Source of the DNA: Myxococcota bacterium
GTDB lineage: Bacteria; Myxococcota; JACRCW01
DNA length: 10,514 bases
NCBI GenBank assembly: GCA_040752415.1
Contig: JBFMGU010000330.1
Coordinates: forward strand, 1-10,514
Direction of reading: 5' to 3'
Shown here: positions 1 through 6,867 of the stretch, piece after piece
How the letters are laid out: every line of letters begins with the position of its first letter
How positions within the stretch are numbered: position 1 is the first letter of the stretch
Notes under the pieces: generated by a model
Seen by the model: only the letters and a program-made list of their open reading frames with translations
What the model was told of the DNA's origin: nothing
Databases searched by the model: none
Made by a program: the position numbers and the translations under genes

Positions 1-1176
1 GCCCCCGCCACCTCCGCCGTCGCAGTCTCCGCTGCCATCGCCCCCCTTGCTCGCCCCGCAGCTCCAGTCGCCTCCCGCGCCGGGCGTCGTTCCATTGGCA
101 CTGGCGTCGATGGTACCGGCAATGGTGGCATTCCCGAACACGGCGAGGATCACGGGCAGCGACCCTGTCAGTCGCAAGGATGAGCCTGCGGCCACGTCGA
201 CCCCGAGCACCGGCAGGACAATGACGTCGGGGCCGTTCACCTGGGTGAGGCGCACCGGCACCGGCTCCACCTCGCCGCACCAATTCCCGAAGGTCAAGGT
301 GCTGGTGTCGAACCTGGATTGACCGCAATCAAGCACGAGGCCGCTGGCGGTCCGCCACGAGAGCGCGCTGGGGTCGAAGTTGCTCGGCGGATACCCGAAC
401 TGTGGAGCGGGGAGCGCGCAGATTCCGTTGCAGTAGCCGCTCGTACAATCCGCGTCGGTGCGGCAGACGAGCCCGTCGTCACAGCGTGGGCAGGTGGTGT
501 CTCCGCCGCAATCGACGTCGGTTTCGCCACCGTTGGTCAACCCGTCATTGCAGGTTGCCGGAAGGCACACGGACTGAACGCAGCGTCCGGAAGGGCAATC
601 CTCTGGGCCTTGGCACTCGGGTCCCCCCGACGAGGAGCTGGTGGCTCCGGAGCTCATCAAGCCGCTGGAGGTTCCGCTTGCCGACGAGGTCGAGGACGTG
701 CTCTGCGCGCTTGAGCTGGCGCTGGACGACGTGGACCCGCTGCTCGCCGTCGAAGGGCCGGTGCTTGACGACGATGCAGAGGAGGACGCCCCGCCCGCGG
801 ACGAGCTTGAGCTGGACGAAGCGCTGCTCAACCCACCCGACGAACCGGCCGACGACGACCCGAGACCGGATGAGGACGACGAGCTGGAGCCGAGGGTTGA
901 CGCCGCGCTGGAGCTGGTTTCCGATGCCACGGTGACGACGTCACACACCCCGTCGACGCACTGGGTTCCGGCGTTGCAGCCGGTGTCGTCCCGGCACACG
1001 GTGCGACATACCCCACCGCGGCACGCATACCCCTCCACGCAGTCACGGTTGTCGGCGCAGCGCAGATTGTCGACGGAGGTCCCCACCAGGGGACACCCAA
1101 CCAAACCCAGTGCGAGCAGGAGAGCGCCACGGACGCTGGAAGGCGACACGGTTGACAGGTTACCGGGCGCGGCCAT
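1..1176 (-). CDS. Putative surface lipoprotein with Cys-rich repeats, ~100-aa Ser-rich linker and Gly-rich C-terminal region (3' end outside window)
   Basis: Manually translated; no stop from ATG 1176 to position 1, upstream in-frame stop at 1225-1227. Begins MAAPGNLSTVSPSSVRGALLLALGLVGC (lipobox-like LVGC, Cys at 1093-1095), then CADNRDCVEGYACRGGVC..CRDDTGCNAGTQCVDGVC, poly-Ser linker, CNDGLTNGGETDVDCGG (502-552), then ..GTIDASANGTTPGAGG..GGDGSGDCDGGGGGG. Start could also be GTG 1149 or 1200. Confidence 0.88.
   Translation of the reverse strand, partial: MAAPGNLSTVSPSSVRGALLLALGLVGCPLVGTSVDNLRCADNRDCVEGYACRGGVCRTVCRDDTGCNAGTQCVDGVCDVVTVASETSSSAASTLGSSSSSSSGLGSSSAGSSGGLSSASSSSSSSAGGASSSASSSSTGPSTASSGSTSSSASSSAQSTSSTSSASGTSSGLMSSGATSSSSGGPECQGPEDCPSGRCVQSVCLPATCNDGLTNGGETDVDCGGDTTCPRCDDGLVCRTDADCTSGYCNGICALPAPQFGYPPSNFDPSALSWRTASGLVLDCGQSRFDTSTLTFGNWCGEVEPVPVRLTQVNGPDVIVLPVLGVDVAAGSSLRLTGSLPVILAVFGNATIAGTIDASANGTTPGAGGDWSCGASKGGDGSGDCDGGGGGG
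628..924 (-). repeat. Low-complexity Ser/Gly/Thr/Ala-rich coding linker
   Basis: Runs of TCG/TCC/AGC/TCA codons on the minus strand encoding SSSAASTLGSSSSSSSGLGSSS...SSSS; mixed codons, so not a DNA microsatellite. Confidence 0.85.
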
Positions 1177-1244
1177 CCCGTCCAAGCGGCGGGGCCCCAC
1201 CCGTAGCTCGTCGGGAAGATCCGCTCACGCGACGCGTCGACATC

Positions 1245-1501
1245 ACCACATCGCCCGCTTGGCTTCCGCCTGGGAGAGGGCGCCCCGCTGGTCCGAGCAA
1301 AAGCGGCACTTCATGCCGCAGTCCGAAGGGTGCGGGCCCCGCTCCGATTCGTGAAATCGCGAACGCCCGCACCCTTGCCACGTCGGGGAACGTGCCGGCC
1401 CGTCCTCGAGAGCGAACGCGGCCGGCACTTTCGGACTGCGGCATGAAGTGCCGCTTTCCCTTGGACCAACGCGCCGCCAGATGAGCCACGCGACGTGGCA
1501 A
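1245..1501. repeat. Inverted pair of REP-like palindromic units (REPIN/BIME-like)
   Basis: Perfect 28-bp inverted repeat AAAGCGGCACTTCATGCCGCAGTCCGAA (1300-1327) / TTCGGACTGCGGCATGAAGTGCCGCTTT (1430-1457). Each copy holds a GCGGCA-N5-TGCCGC hairpin and has an adjacent second hairpin; degenerate similarity extends outward. Confidence 0.8.
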
Positions 1502-1542
1502 CTTCAACTGGAAGACCCGTTGCAGCAGCGACGTCACAGCGG

Positions 1543-2241
1543 TCACCGGTGCGCGCTGGGCGCCTCGGAGATCGTCGGGGGCGTGGGTCCCTGCTTCACC
1601 GGCGCCCAGGGATGCTCGTCGCCGGGAACCAGCACCTTCCCGCTGCGCGCCTTCCGCTGAGCCGACTCCTCGATGAGCGCCATGGACGTGGGCATGGTGC
1701 GCTGCTGCACGTGACGCGCCACCCACGCGGGGATGTTGCCGCCCGGCGTCATGCGCAGCTGGTAGCTCACGCGGGAACGTTTTCCGTCGTCATGCGGGCG
1801 GATGGTCCATGAGCCGGAGTTCAACCGCAGCCGCACCACGCCCTCCCGCGGCGGGGGACCGTGCTGCGCGTCCTCATGCCAGGTGATGCGCAACGTGCCC
1901 GTTCCGTCGGGCGCCAGGTCCGTCTCCACGGTGCGGGCAATGGTGTAGTCACGCGGCGCAAGCACCGGCGCGTCCACGTAGGAATACGACCACGCCGTCT
2001 TCCCCTCCACGCGCACCACCTCGCAGATTTCCAGGTACGGGATCTGTTCGCGGTAGTCGCAGATGTTGAGCAGCACGTCGCGGATGGCGGCAGGCGGCGC
2101 GTCCATCACCATCTCCACCTTGAGCCTGTACCCGTCGGGGGAAGCGGAGCCGGACTCCACCGTGAAGATCTGCACCGCGCGCGCCCCCTGCGGAGCAAGC
2201 GCAAGCGTGAGCACAAGGGTGGCGGTGCAGCGCACTCGCAT
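1543..2241 (-). CDS. Secreted START/SRPBCC-family lipid-binding domain protein (232 aa)
   Basis: Signal peptide (..LVLTLALAPQGARA|VQ); START-like motifs 'DAPVLAPRDY', 'GVVRL..NSGSW', 'YQLRMTPGGNIPAW'; AGGGA upstream of the ATG. Confidence 0.85.
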   Translation of the reverse strand: MRVRCTATLVLTLALAPQGARAVQIFTVESGSASPDGYRLKVEMVMDAPPAAIRDVLLNICDYREQIPYLEICEVVRVEGKTAWSYSYVDAPVLAPRDYTIARTVETDLAPDGTGTLRITWHEDAQHGPPPREGVVRLRLNSGSWTIRPHDDGKRSRVSYQLRMTPGGNIPAWVARHVQQRTMPTSMALIEESAQRKARSGKVLVPGDEHPWAPVKQGPTPPTISEAPSAHR

Positions 2242-2290
2242 GTGGCGTCGTCCCTGGCAGGCGGGAGCGGCGGTTGTACCACGTGCGGGC

Positions 2291-3073
2291 TCAGCGCGGG
2301 TCGCCGGGCACGGGGCTGGGCAGTGGCGGCGGAGGGGGCGCCGGTGGGAACAGCCCGGCGGTGGCCGCCTTCTTCTGGTTCAGCGGCGGCAACGGGTCAT
2401 CCAGGGCGGCCACGTTGACACCGTCCCACGGATTGGCGCCCGGAACCATCACCTTGCCCTTGCGCTCCTCGTCCTGCGCCAGGCGCTCCAACGTTCGCAC
2501 GTAGTCGGGGAGCGTGGTGCGGGCCACGTAGCCGGCCACCCAACCCGGGATGACGCCGCCCGGCGCGGTGCGGATGAAGTAGCGCATCTCCGTCCGCTTT
2601 CCGCCGTCAATGCCCCGCAGCTCCCACCGTCCCTGGTTCACCTGCAGGCGTAGCGCACCTTCGCGCGGGCGCGGCCCCACGTCGGGGGACAGCTCCCAGC
2701 GGCTGCGGTACACGCCCGTTCCGTCGGGGCGCAGGTCCTCGTCGATGGTCGACGCGATCACGTAGTCGCGCGCGTCAAACACCGGCGCGTCCACCACGCC
2801 ATAACTCCACGCCGTCCGCCCCTCGCTCTTGAAGATGCGGCAATACGCAATGTACGGGAGCTGGTCTTTGTAGTCGCACATGCGGGCAATGACGTGGCGC
2901 ATGGCCAGCGGGGACGCATCCACCACCGCCACGGCGTGCATGCTGTACACGCCCGGCGCGTCCGCCGGCCCGGCCTTGGCGCTGAGCACTTCCGCGGCCA
3001 CGCCATCACGCGCGGCAAGCAGGACCGTCATTGCGGCGAGCAGGTGATGCTTGCGGGTGGGACACGAGGTCAT
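2291..3073 (-). CDS. Secreted START/SRPBCC-family lipid-binding domain protein, paralog of 1543-2241 (260 aa, Pro-rich tail)
   Basis: Signal-like N-terminus (..LLAAMTVLLAARDGVAA|E); motifs 'DAPVFDARDY', 'NQGRW', 'YFIRTAPGGVIPGW'; colinear with its neighbour. Confidence 0.85.
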   Translation of the reverse strand: MTSCPTRKHHLLAAMTVLLAARDGVAAEVLSAKAGPADAPGVYSMHAVAVVDASPLAMRHVIARMCDYKDQLPYIAYCRIFKSEGRTAWSYGVVDAPVFDARDYVIASTIDEDLRPDGTGVYRSRWELSPDVGPRPREGALRLQVNQGRWELRGIDGGKRTEMRYFIRTAPGGVIPGWVAGYVARTTLPDYVRTLERLAQDEERKGKVMVPGANPWDGVNVAALDDPLPPLNQKKAATAGLFPPAPPPPPLPSPVPGDPR

Positions 3074-3241
3074 GGAGCAGGAGGGAGCGTACCGCTTTTC
3101 GGCCGCTCCGGCAGGATTCTATCCGTCGGTCGCTGTGCGCTCACACCTCGCCACAACGGATCACCACCCGTCCACGGGCTTGGAGCGCGGGTGGCACGTC
3201 CCCTACGGTCAGGATCCGTTCCGGGGGTCATGGTGGGCAGG

Positions 3242-4219
3242 ATGGAGCAGGAGGGCCGCAACACCGCACTGAAGCTCGCCGGGATGCTGTTCCGCGGAGA
3301 CACGCTCTCCGGGGAACGCCTGGCGGAGGTGCTCGGCGTCAGTCGCGCCGCGGTGCACAAGGCGGTGGAGGGTTTGCGCAAGAAGGGGTTTGACATCCAG
3401 GGCAGCGCCGGCTCGGGCTACCGGCTCAACGCGCAACCGGACCTGCTCGTTGCGGAAGTCATGCTCCCCCGCCTCCCCGAGGGCTGCCTGGGTCACGGCG
3501 GCTGGGTCCACCTCCCCACCACCGACAGCACCAACACGCGCGCCGCCGAGCTCGCCCGCGGTGGCGCGGCCCATGGCACCGTCGTGGTGGCGGAGACGCA
3601 GACCGCCGGGCGTGGTCGACGCGGGCGCGCCTTTGTCTCCCCCCCCGGCGCCGGCCTGTACCTCTCCGTGGTGCTGCGCCCGCCGCTGTCTCCGCGCGAC
3701 GGGTTCCGTCTGACGCTGTGCGGGGCGCACGCCGTTGTGGACGCCTGTGAAGCCCTGGGCATCCCCGCGCGTCTCAAGTGGCCGAATGACGTGCTGGTGC
3801 GGGGACGCAAGCTGTGCGGCGTGCTGACCGAGATGAGCGCGGACATGGAGCGCATCCACCAGGCCATTGTGGGCATTGGCGTGAACGTGAACACGCAGGC
3901 TGCCGAGTTCCCGCCGGAGGTTGCGGCCATTGCCACCAGCGCGCGGGTGGAGCTGGGACACGTGGTGGACCGGCCGGCATTCTGCGCTTCGCTGCTGACG
4001 GCGCTGTCCGCGTGGTACGCTCGCGCCCTGGATGATTTCCCGGCGCTGGTGCAGCGGGCGCGGGAGCGCAGTGACACGTTGGGTCGACGGGTCAAGGTGA
4101 GGGATGGCCATGACGAGATTGCAGGGGAAGCGTTGGACCTGGATGACGACGGAGCATTGGTCCTCCGCACCGGGAAGGGCGTCACGCGCGTGGTCTCTGG
4201 CGACGTGGAGCCTGTGTAG
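3242..4219 (+). CDS. birA: Bifunctional biotin--[acetyl-CoA carboxylase] ligase / biotin repressor (class II BirA)
   Basis: N-terminal wHTH 'SGERLAEVLGVSRAAVHK..GYRL', 'TDSTN', 'AETQTAGRGRRGR', 'LKWPND', 'KLCGVL', 'GIGVNVN', C-terminal 'SGDV'. Start placed at ATG 3242 because the track's longer 2894 start overlaps the START gene. Confidence 0.96.
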   Translation: MEQEGRNTALKLAGMLFRGDTLSGERLAEVLGVSRAAVHKAVEGLRKKGFDIQGSAGSGYRLNAQPDLLVAEVMLPRLPEGCLGHGGWVHLPTTDSTNTRAAELARGGAAHGTVVVAETQTAGRGRRGRAFVSPPGAGLYLSVVLRPPLSPRDGFRLTLCGAHAVVDACEALGIPARLKWPNDVLVRGRKLCGVLTEMSADMERIHQAIVGIGVNVNTQAAEFPPEVAAIATSARVELGHVVDRPAFCASLLTALSAWYARALDDFPALVQRARERSDTLGRRVKVRDGHDEIAGEALDLDDDGALVLRTGKGVTRVVSGDVEPV

Positions 4220-4787
4220 CGCGCTGCTGGCGCTACCCGGCGTGGCGCGGGGCCAGGTGATGGACATGTTCCAGAATGAGGAGCCCGCGTTCGGTCATTC
4301 CACCGGGCTCTTCGCGTTCACGCCGCCGTCGGGGTGGGCCTGCCAGCAGCTCAAGGACGGCGCGGTGGAGTGTCGCACCGGCAATGGCGACGCGCCGGGA
4401 CTTGCCACCATCACGCATGCCACCATCGAGGGGAACCTGGACGCGGAGCTGATGGCGCTCAACAGCGAGAAGGCGCTGAAGAAGCTGCCGCACTACCGTC
4501 GGACGGGCGGGGGTCGCCTGCTGCTGGGCGGCGTGAAGGCCTCCATCCGCTCCTTCACCTTCGACTACCAGGGCAACACGGAATACACGGTGGCCGTCGA
4601 GGAGCTGTACGTGGTGACGGGCAGCAAGGCCGTGCGCGTGCACTTCGAGACCATGGCGTTGGCCATGCCTTCCTACGGCGGTGACCTCAAGGCGCTCTAC
4701 GACACCTTCGCCGTCGCGGAAGTGGACGCCTCCGGCCAGGTGGTGACGCCCGCCAAGCCCCGCCCGCTGAACAAGAAGAAGCGCTGA
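4143..4787 (+). CDS. Exported hypothetical protein, possible PsbP/DcrB (Mog1p/PsbP-like) fold
   Basis: Signal-like 'WSLCSALLALPGVARG|Q', then 'FAFTPPSGW', a helix, 'LLLGGVKA', beta strands and 'LKALYDTF', a pattern typical of PsbP/DUF1795-like proteins. GC-rich third codon positions. Start uncertain (4104, 4143 or 4260). Confidence 0.7.
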   Translation: MTTEHWSSAPGRASRAWSLATWSLCSALLALPGVARGQVMDMFQNEEPAFGHSTGLFAFTPPSGWACQQLKDGAVECRTGNGDAPGLATITHATIEGNLDAELMALNSEKALKKLPHYRRTGGGRLLLGGVKASIRSFTFDYQGNTEYTVAVEELYVVTGSKAVRVHFETMALAMPSYGGDLKALYDTFAVAEVDASGQVVTPAKPRPLNKKKR

Positions 4788-4997
4788 CCCTGCGTACGTC
4801 GTCGTTCGTGGCTGCGTCGGGACGGTTCTGGCCCTGGGAGCCGGTTCTGCACCTGTGACGCGCGGCCACCACCGGGAGCGCGGACACCCCCTGCGCGCGC
4901 CACGCTGCCTGCAACGCCACCGCGTGCCCGGGTTGCGCGCAGCGGTAGAACCCGGAGGGCGCCCGACGACACGTGAGAGCTCCCCAGTGAGCGGACC

Positions 4998-6776
4998 ATG
5001 GAAAACGCCGAAGTTGCGCGGACCCTCTCGGAGATGGGCGACATCCTGGAGCTGACCGGTGGCAGCGCGTTCAAGGCCAGGGCGTATCACCAGGCCGCGC
5101 GACTCGTGGAATCGCTCCCCACGCCGGTGTCCGAGTTGTGGCGCACGAACAAGCTGAAGGAGCTGCCGGGCATCGGCGAGCACATGGTCAAGCACATCGG
5201 GGAGCTGGTCACCACCGGCACGTTCCGCGAGTACCACGCGGTGGCCCGACGGGTGCCGCCCGGCGTCCTGGAGATGCTGCGGCTGGAAGGGCTGGGCCCC
5301 AAGACGGTGGCGGGGATCTGGAAGGACCTGGGCATCGAGGCGATGGATGCGCTGGAGAATGCGTGTCGGGATGGGTCCATCTGCAAGCTGCCCCGCATGG
5401 GGCCCAAGCGCGCCCAGGGCATTGTCGACGCCATCACGCGCTACCGCGCACGCGCCGGCCGCGTACCCTTGTCGCGCGCCCTGCCCTACGCGGAGACGCT
5501 GGCGGCCTACCTCCGGGATGTCCGCGGCGCGGAGAAGGTTGAACCGTGCGGCAGCGTGCGACGACGCGTGGAAACGGTGGGGGACCTGGACATCCTGGTG
5601 AGCTCCAACAACCCCGAGCCGGTCATGCGTGCGTTCCTCCGCCACCCCGACGTGGCAAAGGTGGTCGCCGAGGGGACCACGCGCTCCGCGGTGCGTCTGA
5701 AGGTGGGCCTGAACGTCGACCTCCGCGTGGTACCGCCGGAGTCCTGGGGCGCCGCGTTGCACTATTTCACCGGGAGCAAGGCCCACAACATCGCCATCCG
5801 CACCCGCGCCGTCCACCGCGGGCTCAAGCTCAGTGAGTACGGCGTGTTTGACCGCAAGGACCGACGGCTCGGCGGCAGCACCGAGGAGGAGGTGTTCCGC
5901 CTGGTGGGACTGCCCTTCATCCCGCCTGAGCTTAGGGAAGCTTCGGGTGAGATCGAAGCGGCCGAAGCGGGACGCCTGCCCACGCTGGTGGAGGAGGCGG
6001 ACCTCATGGGAGACCTCCACGTCCACAGCAAAGCCTCCAGCGACGCCCACTCCACGCTGCACGCGCTCTACGACGAGGCCAAGCACCTGGGGCGCCACTA
6101 CCTCGCCATCACCGACCACTCACGGTCGCGTCCGCTGGGGCTGGATGCGCAGCGCCTGCGTGCCCATGCCGCGGAGATCCGCCAACACAACCACGACCAT
6201 CCGCGCGGGCCGCGCCTGCTTGCCGGCGTGGAGGTGGACATCCTGGCCAACGGCGCGCTGGACCTGCCCATCGAGGAGCTGCGGGAGCTGGATTGCGTGG
6301 TGGCCAGCATCCACTCGCACTTCCATGACCCACCGGAGCGCATGACCGACCGCGTGATCCGCGCCATGCGCAGCGGCGTTGTCGACGTGATCGGCCATCC
6401 CACGGGCCGGCAGCTTGGCGCCCGGGATGCCTACCAGCTTGACCTGGAGCGGATCATGGAGGTGGCGCGCGAGGAGGGTGTGGCCCTGGAGGTCAACGCC
6501 ATGCCGGACCGCATGGACCTGCATGACCGTCACTGCCGGCTGGCCAAGGAGAAGGGTGTGCCCGTGGTGATCGACTCGGACGCCCACCACGCCAGTCATC
6601 TTGCCGGCCTCCAGTGGGGCGTGTGGATGGCCCGGCGTGGCTGGCTGGAGGCCGACGACGTCCTTACCACCCGCTCCATCACGCGACTGCGGCAGCACCT
6701 CCGTCGTCATCACCCGGTGCACAAGGGCGGACCGCCCCGACGCCCCCGTGGCGGTCTCCATGCCAGTCACGCGTGA
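4998..6776 (+). CDS. polX: DNA polymerase X family / PHP-domain 3'-5' exonuclease (PolX)
   Basis: N-terminal 'MENAEVA..AFKARAY', HhH 'LPGIG' and 'GLGPK', palm 'GSVRR..ETVGDLDIL' and 'VDLRVV', 'HYFTGSKAHNI', 'LSEYG'; PHP motifs 'DLHVHS', 'TDHS', 'GVEVDI', 'HPTGR', 'DSDAH'. Confidence 0.96.
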   Translation: MENAEVARTLSEMGDILELTGGSAFKARAYHQAARLVESLPTPVSELWRTNKLKELPGIGEHMVKHIGELVTTGTFREYHAVARRVPPGVLEMLRLEGLGPKTVAGIWKDLGIEAMDALENACRDGSICKLPRMGPKRAQGIVDAITRYRARAGRVPLSRALPYAETLAAYLRDVRGAEKVEPCGSVRRRVETVGDLDILVSSNNPEPVMRAFLRHPDVAKVVAEGTTRSAVRLKVGLNVDLRVVPPESWGAALHYFTGSKAHNIAIRTRAVHRGLKLSEYGVFDRKDRRLGGSTEEEVFRLVGLPFIPPELREASGEIEAAEAGRLPTLVEEADLMGDLHVHSKASSDAHSTLHALYDEAKHLGRHYLAITDHSRSRPLGLDAQRLRAHAAEIRQHNHDHPRGPRLLAGVEVDILANGALDLPIEELRELDCVVASIHSHFHDPPERMTDRVIRAMRSGVVDVIGHPTGRQLGARDAYQLDLERIMEVAREEGVALEVNAMPDRMDLHDRHCRLAKEKGVPVVIDSDAHHASHLAGLQWGVWMARRGWLEADDVLTTRSITRLRQHLRRHHPVHKGGPPRRPRGGLHASHA

Positions 6777-6867
6777 TCGGTCCGGGGCCGGGGCGTGACC
6801 GCCCTGCCCGTCAATGACAGCAAGTGACGCCTGACACCGATGTGGCTCCGACGCGCATTTTCCGTCG

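Noticed and set aside
641..1354. 237-aa plus-strand Asp/Glu/Leu-rich ORF
   Set aside because: Antisense shadow of the poly-Ser linker of the minus-strand lipoprotein, which has a lipobox and Cys motifs.
1300..1457. Possible mini-CRISPR (28-bp palindromic repeat)
   Set aside because: Only two copies, inverted rather than direct, 102 bp apart, and no cas genes in the window.
1110..1726. Short ORFs sharing 'KRHFMPQSE' or 'DCGMKCRF' peptides
   Set aside because: These are translations of the 28-bp inverted repeat, not a protein repeat family.
3192..3206. Sigma-54-like promoter TGGCACG-N4-CTAC upstream of birA
   Set aside because: The -24 element matches but the -12 element lacks the conserved GC (CTAC vs TTGC); not supportable from sequence alone.
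2894..3241. 116-aa N-terminal extension of BirA in the ORF track
   Set aside because: Overlaps the opposite-strand START gene and has no BirA-like sequence; similarity starts near Met 3242.
4788..4997. SOS box or structured element upstream of polX (GGTTCTG twice; CCGGGTT..AACCCGG)
   Set aside because: Spacing matches no LexA box I know, and stems of 7-8 bp are expected by chance at this GC content.
3209..6770. Long minus-strand ORFs 3209-4267, 4233-6119 and 6120-6770
   Set aside because: Antisense shadows of birA, the exported protein and polX, expected in high-GC DNA; no recognisable motifs.
6777..6867. Bidirectional terminator between polX and the VKOR gene
   Set aside because: Only a 5-bp GGGCG/CGCCC stem with no U-tract on either strand.
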